DNA of 64,000 nucleotides. Origin: Antedon mediterranea (taxonomy: Eukaryota > Animalia > Echinodermata). The position numbers and the translations under genes were made by a program. The notes under the pieces were generated by a model that ran no database searches, was not told where the DNA came from, and was given only the letters and a program-made list of their open reading frames with translations. Of this stretch, positions 1 to 11,470 are shown one piece after another (position 1 is the stretch's first letter; the number at the start of each line of letters is the position of its first letter). Location: positions 30,864,388 through 30,928,387 of the forward strand of contig NC_092670.1 of NCBI RefSeq assembly GCF_964355755.1, read 5' to 3'.

Positions 1-272
1 AAGAATCTTATAGTTGTTTTCTTAGTCTACTGTATTTATTTTGTTACTGCTTGTTTCAACGAAGAATGAATACATTGTCAATTTGGAAAGTCAATTTAAA
101 ATATTCAATTCTTTTTAAAATCCACCGCAATCTGTTTTTTTATAAACGTTATGTTAGATACATCCTTTAAATTTAAAATTTCTATTTCACTTCATCCTTT
201 ATTTTTTTTTATTCTGTCTTGTGCTGTGTTAATATTATTACTTATTAAATTAAAAAATGAATTAAAATTTAG

Positions 273-3200
273 AATGTTAGGGGTGATTCCTGTAATGTTG
301 TGGATACAGATACTAAGAAAAGAGAAAATGAAGTTAATAACAAGGCTTGCAATAGAAGAAGGGTTTCACAGAACAGCAATTCAAAAGAGCACCAACAACC
401 AGTTAGTAATATGCCAATGATTTTACTATTGTCCAGGAAATGTTCTTGTGTATTTGATATTATATGATAATTATATAAAGGAATAACAATATTAAATCAA
501 ATAAAGAAGCGGAAATGTAAAAGACCAGAAATGTTTTACCAGATAATATTAAACCCGTTTTCACATGGTTTAAATTTGGTTACAACTTAGTAGGACAAGT
601 TCTTGCTCATACCCCAGTTCTGCAAATATGTAGTAAAAAATGTCTTTACATCTGTAGTCCTGTCTATTAAGAAATTAATGTAAAACTAGACAGACTTTTT
701 GTAAAATATTCACAACTACTGATTTTCCTTTTTTAATAAAAAACCCATGAAAAATAAAACCAAACTTTTTCAGTTAATATCAATTTGTGGTGATATCGCA
801 GGCTGTTCCTCTCAAGTAACAAATAAATGTTTTATTTTATTATATTTTTTCAGACATACATCAACATTCCTCAATGTATTGGGGAAGCCTGCAGAGATTG
901 GCATAATGAAAGGAATGGCTTAACAGTCCGTCCGACTGAGTATTCACGATCTGGTGATTACTATCTAAGACACCTTCAAAAATGTTGTCTGGGGCATTTG
1001 CATTGTGAAGCTTGCCGTCTGTACCTAGACAGCTTTATACAGCTATTGTCAAACTTAGAGGAAGAATGTTCAGCTACAATGTATTCATTCCTTTCAGAAT
1101 ACATGAAGTCAACCAGTAAGCATTTTTATTCATTCAATTATTAGTACACAAGTACAATACATGGACTCAAGCTCAAATATTTATCAACTCTGGTAGAACC
1201 AGTGTTTCACTCAAACTCAAGACACTCTTACTTTCCAGTATGCTATCTCAAGGCAGAAATGTCAGTTTGAAGTTGCACTCACTGCTTCACTATACCAATG
1301 CCCATCAAATTTGATCAAACTGAATAAAACCATTATTGGAGTTAAAATGAACCCTTATACATGTTTTGTTTTGTTTATATTCAAACTCATGGATAAAGAA
1401 AACGATTATTCAATATTTTTTTGGTAGAATTTGCTTTCGCACATGTTCAGACTTAATATTCTACATTGATAACCCTGATGAATATGTAGTATACATATTA
1501 TTATTTTTATCACTTATTTTATTATAACTTTTTTCACAGAAAAGGAAGACAAATATTGTATAATATTGAAATGGCTAAATGCAACCCGGACTGTTGAGGA
1601 ATGTAGACTAGATCTGAAAAGACTGCATTTAAGCAATAGTACTAGCCAAGGAGCACGACCTAAAAAGAAAATAAAATATGCAGGAAGTAGCTCTAATGAG
1701 CCAATGGACACAACTACAACTCCTTCACCAGATGAGAGTCGGTGGGGGTTCCAAACACGTCCTAAAGTGGTTCATGGCACTAGACAAGACCTGGACAGAT
1801 GGGCACGAATGAACATGAGTATGAATGATGCAACAGATTGCCGTGTAAATGATGGGGTTCTATTAAACAGAGTATGTTTTCCTAATACTGGTTATCATTG
1901 AAGTAAACAAATAAGTATTCCTCTTTATTATAAAAGGAAATTGAATTGAATTTAGTTTTAGATTGAGCTTAAAATTAATTTTAGTGTTACAAAGGACATT
2001 TGTTATTTTAAACATACAGTACTGTAAATATTTTGATTGATAGATGTAAATAAAAGTAATGAAGCATATAATTGGTAGGATGTTTGCATACCAAGCAGAA
2101 GGTTCCAAGTTCGATTTTCAATTGAGGCGACATTTCTCATTATCACAGATTTCCTCACCTTTTTCATTCCAGTATATCACTTTGGTTTTTGAGTTTGAGC
2201 TAATTGCACTAATATACAAAATGATCTCTCCTGTTTTCCTCAGAATTTGTACCCATGTGAAGGCTGTTATAGACCTACAGCCGAATTCACTCAATTGAAA
2301 CAGCTAGGAAGTGGTAGTAGTGGGGAAGTTTGTTTGGCTGAAGATAACTCTACAAGCCAAAAGTTTGTTTGTAAATGTGTAAGTGTTTTTGTGTGTTTTT
2401 AAATAAGATTTCAATTTTAGAAAAATATGAAGACAGTACTCTTCCTTTTTTTTAAATATAGTATACACGCAATAATGTTAAATTTCTAATTTTGGAATTA
2501 TTCAAGCCGCGTTCTAATAAAATCTACAGTTTGCACTGTTGTTCTTTCATAATTTTTTGTGGATATGAAAAAAAAAAAGAATCACTATTGTTTTAAGATC
2601 TTATTTTTTTTAGGTTAATATTGAGCAATATGATATTAACGAAGTCCTTGTATGGAAAAGGCTAGATCACCCACGTATTGTACCGCTGTGGGGTGTTGTG
2701 AGGGATGGCAACTACATTTACATGCTGAGCAAGTTCATTCCTTCAAATCCAATACCCACTCGAATTGCAAACAGTGACCTCTCCATCAGTGATGCGGAGG
2801 TTGTCAATTATATACAGCAGATTCTTGAAGTACTGGTTTATATCCATTCATTGAACATTGTTCATATGGATATTAAGCGTAAGTTTTGTTGTTTAAATAA
2901 AGCCTAGAGTACTCGGATTAAAACTCAGTATTACAACTCAGATTGCAAATCAAATTGCCACTCAGAATGCAACCCAAATTTCAGTCGATGCTTTCCCACC
3001 TTTCAGTACTTCCTATAAAATCTGGCTATGACTTTAACTACAATTTGCATTGCATAGCAACAAAGGCATTTTAGGTGGTATCATGGTGTCAGCTGTGTTG
3101 TCCTCTAGGGGTATTACTGTAGATGGTTCTCGTCAAACTGGCACCTTTGTGCAAAATTCAGTGCCCATTAAGAAATAAATATTGATATTGATGGTTTATA

Positions 3201-6200
3201 TTTTTTAAAAAAGCATATAAGTGTAGGCCTAACAACAAGATCTAGGGCTATCTAGGCTGCCACATATTTATGCCCCGTCGACCTTCAAATTTATCCCACA
3301 TCAGCTGTTAGTGTTATAATAATTTTAAAATAGATAGCTTTAGTCTAGCAGCAAGCCAATGAATCTAATTGAATTTAATTGTATTTCTAACAGCCGGAAA
3401 TCTTCTTTTGACGGACAATGGCATAGTCCTGATTGATTGGGGACTCTCTGCAAATTTGAACGACAATGGCGTTCTTCGTCTACAAGAAGCTAGAGGAACA
3501 GAAGTCTTTATGGCACCTGAAGTTGTTTGTAAGTTTATGAAACTTTCTTAAAATAAAGTTGATAAGATTTTCCCATTTTGATCAATGTTCCATTATCTGA
3601 TTACTAATATGGATCAACATGTGAATGTCACACAGAACAATAAGCAGGTTGTGATAGCAGAATTTATATTCTTGACAGCTGTTTGACCTCCTGAGGTAAT
3701 TGTCTGTCAGATCTCATTGCGAAGAGTCACTATTTGTCAGAATTTTATGAAAGGTCATTGTCAAAAAACAGTGGCCTAAGACTAGCCTAGGCTAAGTTTA
3801 CACCTTTCACTCTGCCTGGTGAAATCAATTATTACAGACAACATTTTTACTTCCAAACAACAATCTTTTCATAAAAATGTGCTTGCAATTTGTAATGTCT
3901 AGTATCAACTATTTATGTGTATTGATCCACGACAATAAAATCAATTTCATTTTTTTCTTGCAGGTTGTGAGAGCTTTAATGCTGCTGTTGATATATGGAG
4001 TCTAATGTGTACTGCCATACAACTGTTTACTGGCTTACCACCGTGGATGAATAGGTTTCCTCAATTGTTTACTTACCAACTAGTGGTTAGTCTATTTTAA
4101 TTATTTATTTTTATTTTAGGATGATTGATTGTATACAAATATTGATTAGGATGAGGTTCATGATGCAAAATATATGATCTGCAGACTATACTACACTCCC
4201 TAGATGAGGTCGATATAGTACACAAGTTTTCATAGCATCGTTTTTTATTGAAGGTTTAGGTTTAATATCTAAAAAGTTAAGGTTGCGACTCTGCGCCACT
4301 GTTGTGATGCCAGGCCTCATTTCTAAAACCATGTAACAGCTATCATATGGTACTTATGAATCTTTATTTCTAGATTGGGAAATATCCTCCTCCCTTAGAG
4401 GATATACCTGAAACACTTGATCCTGCCATTAGGACATTTCTAAAAGCAGGATTAGAGGCAGATTTTCATAACCGACCAACAGCACATGAACTCCTTGGAA
4501 ATCCAATTTTCTCAATGGGTAATAACAAGCTATTTTTTTTTTTAAATGATATACATGTTGAAATTAATGATGCTTCACCAGAAATTAGAGAATCACAGTA
4601 TTACTTTAGAAGCCCTGATTCTGTTTCCAGATTCTTTTATTCTGAATTGTGGGCTAGGTAATCTACCTAATAAAGCCTGTTTAGCCCCCTCCTAAATCCG
4701 CACCTGATAATCATTTCATCATTTTTTATAAATAAATTTATATTTAAATATGTAAAGCTGTTTAGTTCTCTATACACAAAAAGCATGTGTCTGCAAATGT
4801 GTTTATTACATATTAAAGGCAATGCTACTGTATGTGTAGTGGGTTTGTTGAGCAGCGCCTAATTTTGCTTTGTTGATTGGTGCATAGTATCTAATTATTA
4901 ATATTTAAAATATATTAAGATTTATTTGAAATTCTTTGATAGTTTTAACATTTGTCTTTGTCCTTATTTTACTCTTTTTTATTGATTATATTTTTTCAGA
5001 CTCGTTTACCAGATTGCCAACACAGCACTTCAATGCAGTTCAGCCTACAGCAGATGAAATGGAATATACTCCAATACCACCACCTGATGAGTATATTGAT
5101 GATGTAGCAATGTTCCCTGCCCTTGGGGAAGAAGAGGCTATATCAGTTTCTGTCGAATCCATCTTGAAAACTCATGGCAGTGTCAACCGAAAGCACCACC
5201 ATCAAGAGGATTGTACACCAGGTCTTGATAGTAGCATCACTTCTCAGCAGCTGCAGGAGAGTGGATGCCATCATACATCTGGAGCTACTGGAAGATATCA
5301 GTACAGGGAAGATAGATTGGAGGATGAATTAAGTGAAAGCCTAAGACAGTTGCAGATTAGTGATGATGAGGATCTATATGGACCTGGTTCACCTAATTTC
5401 TTGGACCAAGAACCAATTGATGAAAGTGAACATGCAGTCCCTTCAAATTCATCAGATGATCACTTTCATTGTTTGTATGTAACTAGTGAACAACCACCTG
5501 TAAATTTGTTTGATGCAAACTTCCCTGATCTTGGTTCACCATACAAATTGTCTGAGCTCAGTAACACATCAGATGTGACAAGAAGAAGATTGTCAAGTTA
5601 TAAAGATATTGCTGGTTCATACTCTGGTAGCGATGTGATAGAACATCAAATTGCAAATTCTGCTTCACCAGAAAAAGACAAATGGTCGTATCAGAACCAC
5701 CAAGATGAACCTTCTGGTATGCTGTTATTTTTTCATGTTACTTATTTTATCTCTTTACTTATATGGTTTCTTTGGCTTATTTATACTTAACACAAGATAG
5801 ATGAACATTTAATAAAAATAAATATTAGCTCATAAAAATATGAAAATGTGAAATGTATCAGTATACACTGACAGTATAGTTCAGTACAGTATATTTAAAC
5901 CAGACCATATAAAAAATATATAATACATACACTTCCAAGCAATGAATACATGTCATCATGTCAGAGGTCAATATTATTTCTATTTCATTATACCTTTTTT
6001 TTAGTCTTAATATTGAAAATCCTGACATGACATTATTCAAATTTAATAAATTTTAAACTGAGTGTACTGCCAACTGAATGGTTATACATTTGTTTATCCT
6101 TTACTTACATTAAAGATGAAAAATAAATTAATAACATTCTTTTAGTCGAATATGCTATTTTATTGTTACATAATAGTTATTTAAAAAAATCGTTATTTAC

Positions 6201-8705
6201 CTGGGAAAACTGTAATTTATAGGAAAAAACTAATTAATTAATTTGATTTTTTGTTAAATTCAACTGCATTTTTTCTTTGTCAAAATCAGTATTATTTTTT
6301 ATATTACTACTACAGTAAATGGTCTATTCAAATTAATTTTCCATGTTTGAGAGACAATAAGAGTACAATTAAGTATTACATATATTTCTACTTCCTTGCA
6401 GAGGAAAATAAACAGTCTTCTTCAACATCCTCAGGTGGTCAGTTGAACCGTCAAAGGAAACGGAATGAAAGTCGAAGGTCCTCCAGTCATTCAAGTGTTT
6501 TTGAGCACATGTTTCCAGATCTTGGTAGCATGGCAGCCTCATCGGCAGATGAACTCAGTACTGCTGAAGAACCAAGTGAGAGATCATTAAGTACACCACA
6601 TGTTGCCTCTTGTTGTTCTTCAATACCAGCAAGAAATGTGAAAGAGGATTACCATGAAAGTGATACTGCTGGTTCTTCTCCACCAACAGGTAATTATAGA
6701 TGTGTGTACTTCCAAATCCTTGTAGTTTTTACTTTTTAAATTGTTTCATCTATATTATTTCAACAAAAACATTTTTTAGCAAACTAGTTGTTCCTTGACA
6801 TATTTTAACATTTATAATGCATTTTCGTTATCTTTTGGATTGAGACACAGTAGAACCCAATCCAGCAACAAGAGATCTCAATTTTATTGATTTTAATATA
6901 CATCATTGTTATTAATCGTTTTATGTATATTATATATATTATTTTTTTCAGATTTCGGAAAAAAATATACCCCGCCAAAGGTAATGTTTAAATGTAGTGT
7001 ATTTATGATTTTTTTATTCAATATTCAAATAGTGTCATTAGTAACAAGCAAACAAACACATGCGATCGATTACATATACCTCCTTGGCGGAGGTAAATGA
7101 TGATTTGGATTAATATTCAACACACATCTCATAATTTGTATATTAAAAATAAATTTTAATTACTCGGCTCGGGTACTAATAAAAAGACTACAGACAATGG
7201 CAATTTTTAATGACTTGTGACAAATTCTAAAGACGTGTGACAAGTCCTAGAGACTTGTGACAATCCTAGGGACTTGTGACAAATCCTAAAGACTTGTGAC
7301 AAGTCCTAGAGACTTGTGACAAATCATAAAGACTTGTGAAAAGTCGTAGAGACTTGGAACAAATCATAAAGACTTGTGACAAATCCTAAAGAAGCGTGAC
7401 AAGTCCTAGAGACTTTTAAGACAAATCCTAAAAGAGACTTGTTGCAAGTCCTACTGTAGAGACAATTTTTTCTGTAAGAAATAATATGTGATATTGAATT
7501 GAACAACATATGTTTATTATTGCTTTGTAGGTTGATAATGGCACCTCCGGGTATGTTTCAGAGGCAACTGCCCAACCCCACAACTCTGAACGTAGAAGGA
7601 CTTCATCAGCAAGTAAGGAATTCATGTATATTTATCTTATTTGAAAGAGAGAGACAATCTAAATTTCAAAGTTTGATATAAATACTGTAATGAGAATGAG
7701 TAATGAGAATATCCAGAACATTTTCGTAGTATCTTCAATTCTAAGCTTCTTTCACATAGTGGCCAGATTCAATTTGTCGCGCTGAAGAAAATATCACTAG
7801 CTTGAGCATGCTTTCAGATCGAGCACAAATTTGGTTATATGTTGCCAAGCGAGGTCATTCATGCTTACTGTTGATTAGTTAAACAAAAAATTGTACAATT
7901 TCAGCCAAAAAATGGCTTCTTGACCAATCGCACTGAATTCGGAGTTCGATTCATGTACGTATTCAATCGTAGGATTTTAGTGTGAACAAAAAACCCATTT
8001 TCCATGATATTTTTCCTGGCACGATGTGAAAGCAGCTTTACCCTGTTCTTGCATATATTTGAGTAGTACTACAACATCTTGACACACACTCTATAATGAT
8101 AATTATTATTAATGTTTGGTATTGCTTTTTTTAGATCATATTGTATCCATAAACGTGCTTGGTCAAGTAATATTTGCATTTAGCTCCACACTATATGGAA
8201 ACCTGGCTGAAGGAATAAGCCAGGAGGTAGGTTATATGGCTCATCGAAGAAATTTAAAAATTGCTCCGATCGAGCTGAAGTTTGGGTAAAACCTTCAAAC
8301 TTGATTGCAGATGCAGCTTAGTATAAGAAAAAAACAAGTTGTTATGTTGTTATGGTCAAATCTAAAAAATTTCCAAATTTCTCCGATCGAGCTGAAACTT
8401 TAAGTAATCCTGAGGATATAGGGCGAGTATGAATCTAATAAATGATGTTTTAAACTACCTTTGACCCATCGGATATACTATATTAATTGAGGAAATGTCT
8501 GTAATTAATTAAAAATTACACATTGTTCTTGCAGGTGTATAAAATATTTAAGGCAAAACATATCCCAATTAGCCGATTTATACTTACTGACGAGCATGGT
8601 GAACAATTTGATGAGAACAATCCAGTAGATCCATCAATTGAAGTGAGAGTGGCCATAGCTTGTGATGAAGACAAGTGGACCTGGTGCGTAACGCCAGAAA
8701 ACTAA
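273..8705 (+). CDS. MAP3K14: NF-kappaB-inducing kinase (MAP3K14/NIK)-like Ser/Thr kinase of the NIK/COT family, multi-exon, 5'-incomplete
   Basis: Hand-spliced GT-AG exons with matching phases: 273-401 (tentative), 854-1115, 1540-1871, 2244-2378, 2614-2878, 3394-3528, 3964-4085, 4374-4518, 5000-5716, 6402-6689, 6952-6980, 7531-7612, 8135-8226, 8535-8705 (TAA). Kinase motifs: LGSGSSGEV, FVCK, HPRIVPLWGVVRDG, HMDIKPGN, DWG, GTEVFMAPE, DIWSL, GLPPW, PPPLEDIP, RPTAHELL. The pre-kinase NDGVLLNRNLYP..YR and C-terminal GNLAEGISQE..IPISRFILTDEHG..WTWCV resemble recalled human NIK segments (NEGVLL..YEYR; GDIATGISSQIP..FSLVTKDG..WSWRV). Confidence 0.82.
7078..7094. mobile_element. Terminal hairpin typical of Helentron/HINE-like non-autonomous elements (remnant)
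   Basis: ACCTCC-TTGGC-GGAGGT stem-loop preceded by an (AAAC)-like tract at ~7044-7060; the rest of an element was not traced. Confidence 0.4.
7212..7453. repeat. Intronic minisatellite, ~20-bp unit with 40-bp dimer structure
   Basis: About 12 units alternating GACTTGTGACAAATCCTAAA and GACTTGTGACAAGTCCTAGA, degenerating at the right end. Confidence 0.92.
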
Positions 8706-10376
8706 ATACAGTAATCTTAAAATATACTTGGTGCATGCCTTTGCAGCTCAAAACCAAGTTATATTTGGATTGGGCACATTTAGTCAACAAAGATCATTAG
8801 TGTAGACTAGATGAACATATCTGGTTAATTTTGCTTTAAAAACTCGGTATCTTTTTCCGAATTAGTAATCCTCACCATATGATCAGTCCATGTTTAAAAG
8901 TGTTCTTTACCAAACATGGCTTTAAATTCTGAAAATTGTCGGTATTATCAAGTTGCCTAAGGAACAGTAGTGTTGACCAAATCATCATATCTGGTGAACA
9001 TTCATTTTGTATTCTTTAAAAATGGGATAAAAATCAGTGCCAAATTGTTAACAGAATTAGTAAATTGTACATCAGATGATTGGTCTAAACTGAACTATGT
9101 TAATGTAATGAAGTCTCAACACAAATTGTTTGCATTCATTTAAAAAAAGTAAAAAAATATATATATTTTAGAAACGTATGTATCATATATATTGGACAAA
9201 CCTTTTCTCAATATTTTCTGAAGCAGAAATACATTTTTACAATTGTTATGGATATTTTATCTCATTTAATAAAATAAGTTATACACTTTGCATTCTAAAT
9301 ATTTAAAAATCCGATTCTAATTTAATGTAACTTAGAAACCATTTAAAACATTCTGATCATTGAGGTGACATTATTTGATTAATGCTTTGTATATCCCAAA
9401 AGAAAAATTACGAAGAACCTTAATTTCACATTTATTTCTTTGGAGCAACGATGGCAGGAGCTATGCTATGTTAAAAGTGTGTACTCCCAATTTATTCCAT
9501 GTATTAACTTTAATATTATTATACATAAAATAATGCAAGAATGCTTCTTCTTGCATGTACATAAAGTAATAATATTGAACAAATACATATTTTAATTTTT
9601 GCCTTTATAGAGAAATTTAATATAAATAAAATTATATGTATGTTAGTGATTAGAATTGTTCAATTCACTCATTTCATACTGTGTTTTAACCGTATTGTTT
9701 TTATAATTGAATATTTTATTTTCTAAATAAAAAAGAAATATATGTATTTTTTTATAAAAATTGTAAATTAAAAATGAATTATATTTAATTTATATAATTT
9801 ATAATTTTAATCTCTGGTTATTCTAAATTTTGATTGAATCATTTGATTAGAATGTAAGGCATACATTTAAAACTTGGAAGCAGTCATTCCTCCATAATGC
9901 AATGAGGTAGATACTTACACTACTAACATACAAGAAGGGACAATAATAGTAATATAAAAACGGTACTTAACTTAAGGGACCAAACTTAAAATAACATTTC
10001 CACAAATGTATTAAAGAAATATATTTACAATGTACTTTGGCTCAAATAAAACTGCCCTGACAAATACATTTTACCAAAAAAGCTTATTAAAAATAAGGTT
10101 CTATGTGCTTTTTATAAATAATTTAACTTCCAATGTGTGTATATATATTTAAATTAAACGTTTTTGTCACCTGATGAACTTTCAAATTAATTATGATTTA
10201 GTCATATTAAGATTCATAATCTTATATTAGTTAATACCTTGAATATAAGCCTACTTTCTGTAAATCTTAAATGAAATCTGCATATAATGTTTACAAGTAT
10301 AGGATGTTTTCATTTATGTATAATGTTCTGAATACTATAATCGATTATTAGTAAGACAATACAGTAATAATATGTA

Positions 10377-10497
10377 GCTTTCGATTTGCGACCACCAGTT
10401 TCGACGTCATGTTGCAATTAAGGTGCTTCATCGCCAAATTTCTCACCGGTTTTTTGTGGATTATTATCATGCGTACGCTTAGGTACAAATCGAAAGC
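10377..10497. mobile_element. Small MITE-like element
   Basis: 12-bp inverted repeat GCTTTCGATTTG (10377-10388) / CAAATCGAAAGC (10486-10497) around a CpG-containing core. Confidence 0.5.
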
Positions 10498-11330
10498 ACC
10501 CAGTAGAGATATTCAACAATTTAACCCATAACAATGCATTGGTATGAGCTGGTGCTGTACAATAGTCTATTGCTTGTGTTGGAAATGTAAGAAAAACATC
10601 GCCAGAACTATAATTGTACAGATCTTAAGTCTGGATTTGTTATTAGACTACTCGTTATTAAAGTTGTTTATGGTAGCAGCCAAAACAGCGATGGATATTA
10701 TAAGCATTTAAACCATTATTAGGCTACAGTGGCATGTCGTTTTAAGATCATAACTAAAATGTTGTAGCATTTTAAAATTTTATTAAATTACCGTATCTAT
10801 AGTTGTTTTTAGCATTTAAGATCGTGTCGTCTTTAAACATTATACGTACGTGTTGCCTTATTATAATATCTAAGTTGCGGACGTGACGTTGTTTCGGAGC
10901 AACAACATGTAGTGTCTGTAAGCGTTAACTGTATACAGTCAATAGCCACCATCTATCTAGTATAACAGTTATCAAGCACCAAGTTAATAAACTAATTGCA
11001 AAATTAAAATGTGGACTGTAATTGTGTGTTTGGATCGTGTTTGTACACAGTACATTTAGTGCGATGGCAAACATCGAACTACAGACGATAAACAACAAGT
11101 TTCCTTCTAGCATAATAGGGTAACCATAAAAATATTTGTTTTAATCTATACTAATCATGACGTTATTTCATTGAACGTGTAAAAATATTTTTTTCATCAA
11201 AGGCAGCATAAGTGGTTATCCTAGTAATTCTAGGATGAAACACCTTTTGTTTATGTAAAAGATTAAATGCATATTATCATCGTCATCGTTGATCGTTATC
11301 GCCCTATTATAAAAGGGCTTTCAGATAATT

Positions 11331-11470
11331 GTCGCTTGTGATTGGCCAATTCACTTGCGTTGTAACTACGTCGTTGCGTTGCGTCCAATAGTGGTAAACG
11401 CTTCTCCCACCACACGACGCAACGCAATGACGTTAGCGCAACGCAAGCGAGTTGGCCAATGACAAGCGAC
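11331..11470. mobile_element. Palindromic (hairpin) MITE-like element
   Basis: ~60-bp imperfect arms: GTCGCTTGTGATTGGCCAA..TTGCGTTG..GTTGCGTTGCGTC versus GACGCAACGCAA..CAACGCAAG..TTGGCCAATGACAAGCGAC, with a short central loop. Confidence 0.75.

Noticed and set aside
2072-2130. Possible tRNA gene or SINE head (GTTCGA B-box-like)
   Set aside because: No convincing cloverleaf, A box or second copy; at most a decayed SINE.
4936-5790. 284-aa single-exon protein with hydrophobic ends suggesting transmembrane helices
   Set aside because: The hydrophobic ends are translated T-rich intron sequence; the real exon is 5000-5716 of the kinase.
7212-7453. CRISPR-like array
   Set aside because: Units are contiguous with no unique spacers, no cas genes are present, and the context is a eukaryotic intron.
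8262-8400. Repeated CTCCGATCGAGCTGAA motif in a kinase intron as a regulatory element
   Set aside because: More likely internal repeats of a decayed transposon; boundaries and family could not be defined.
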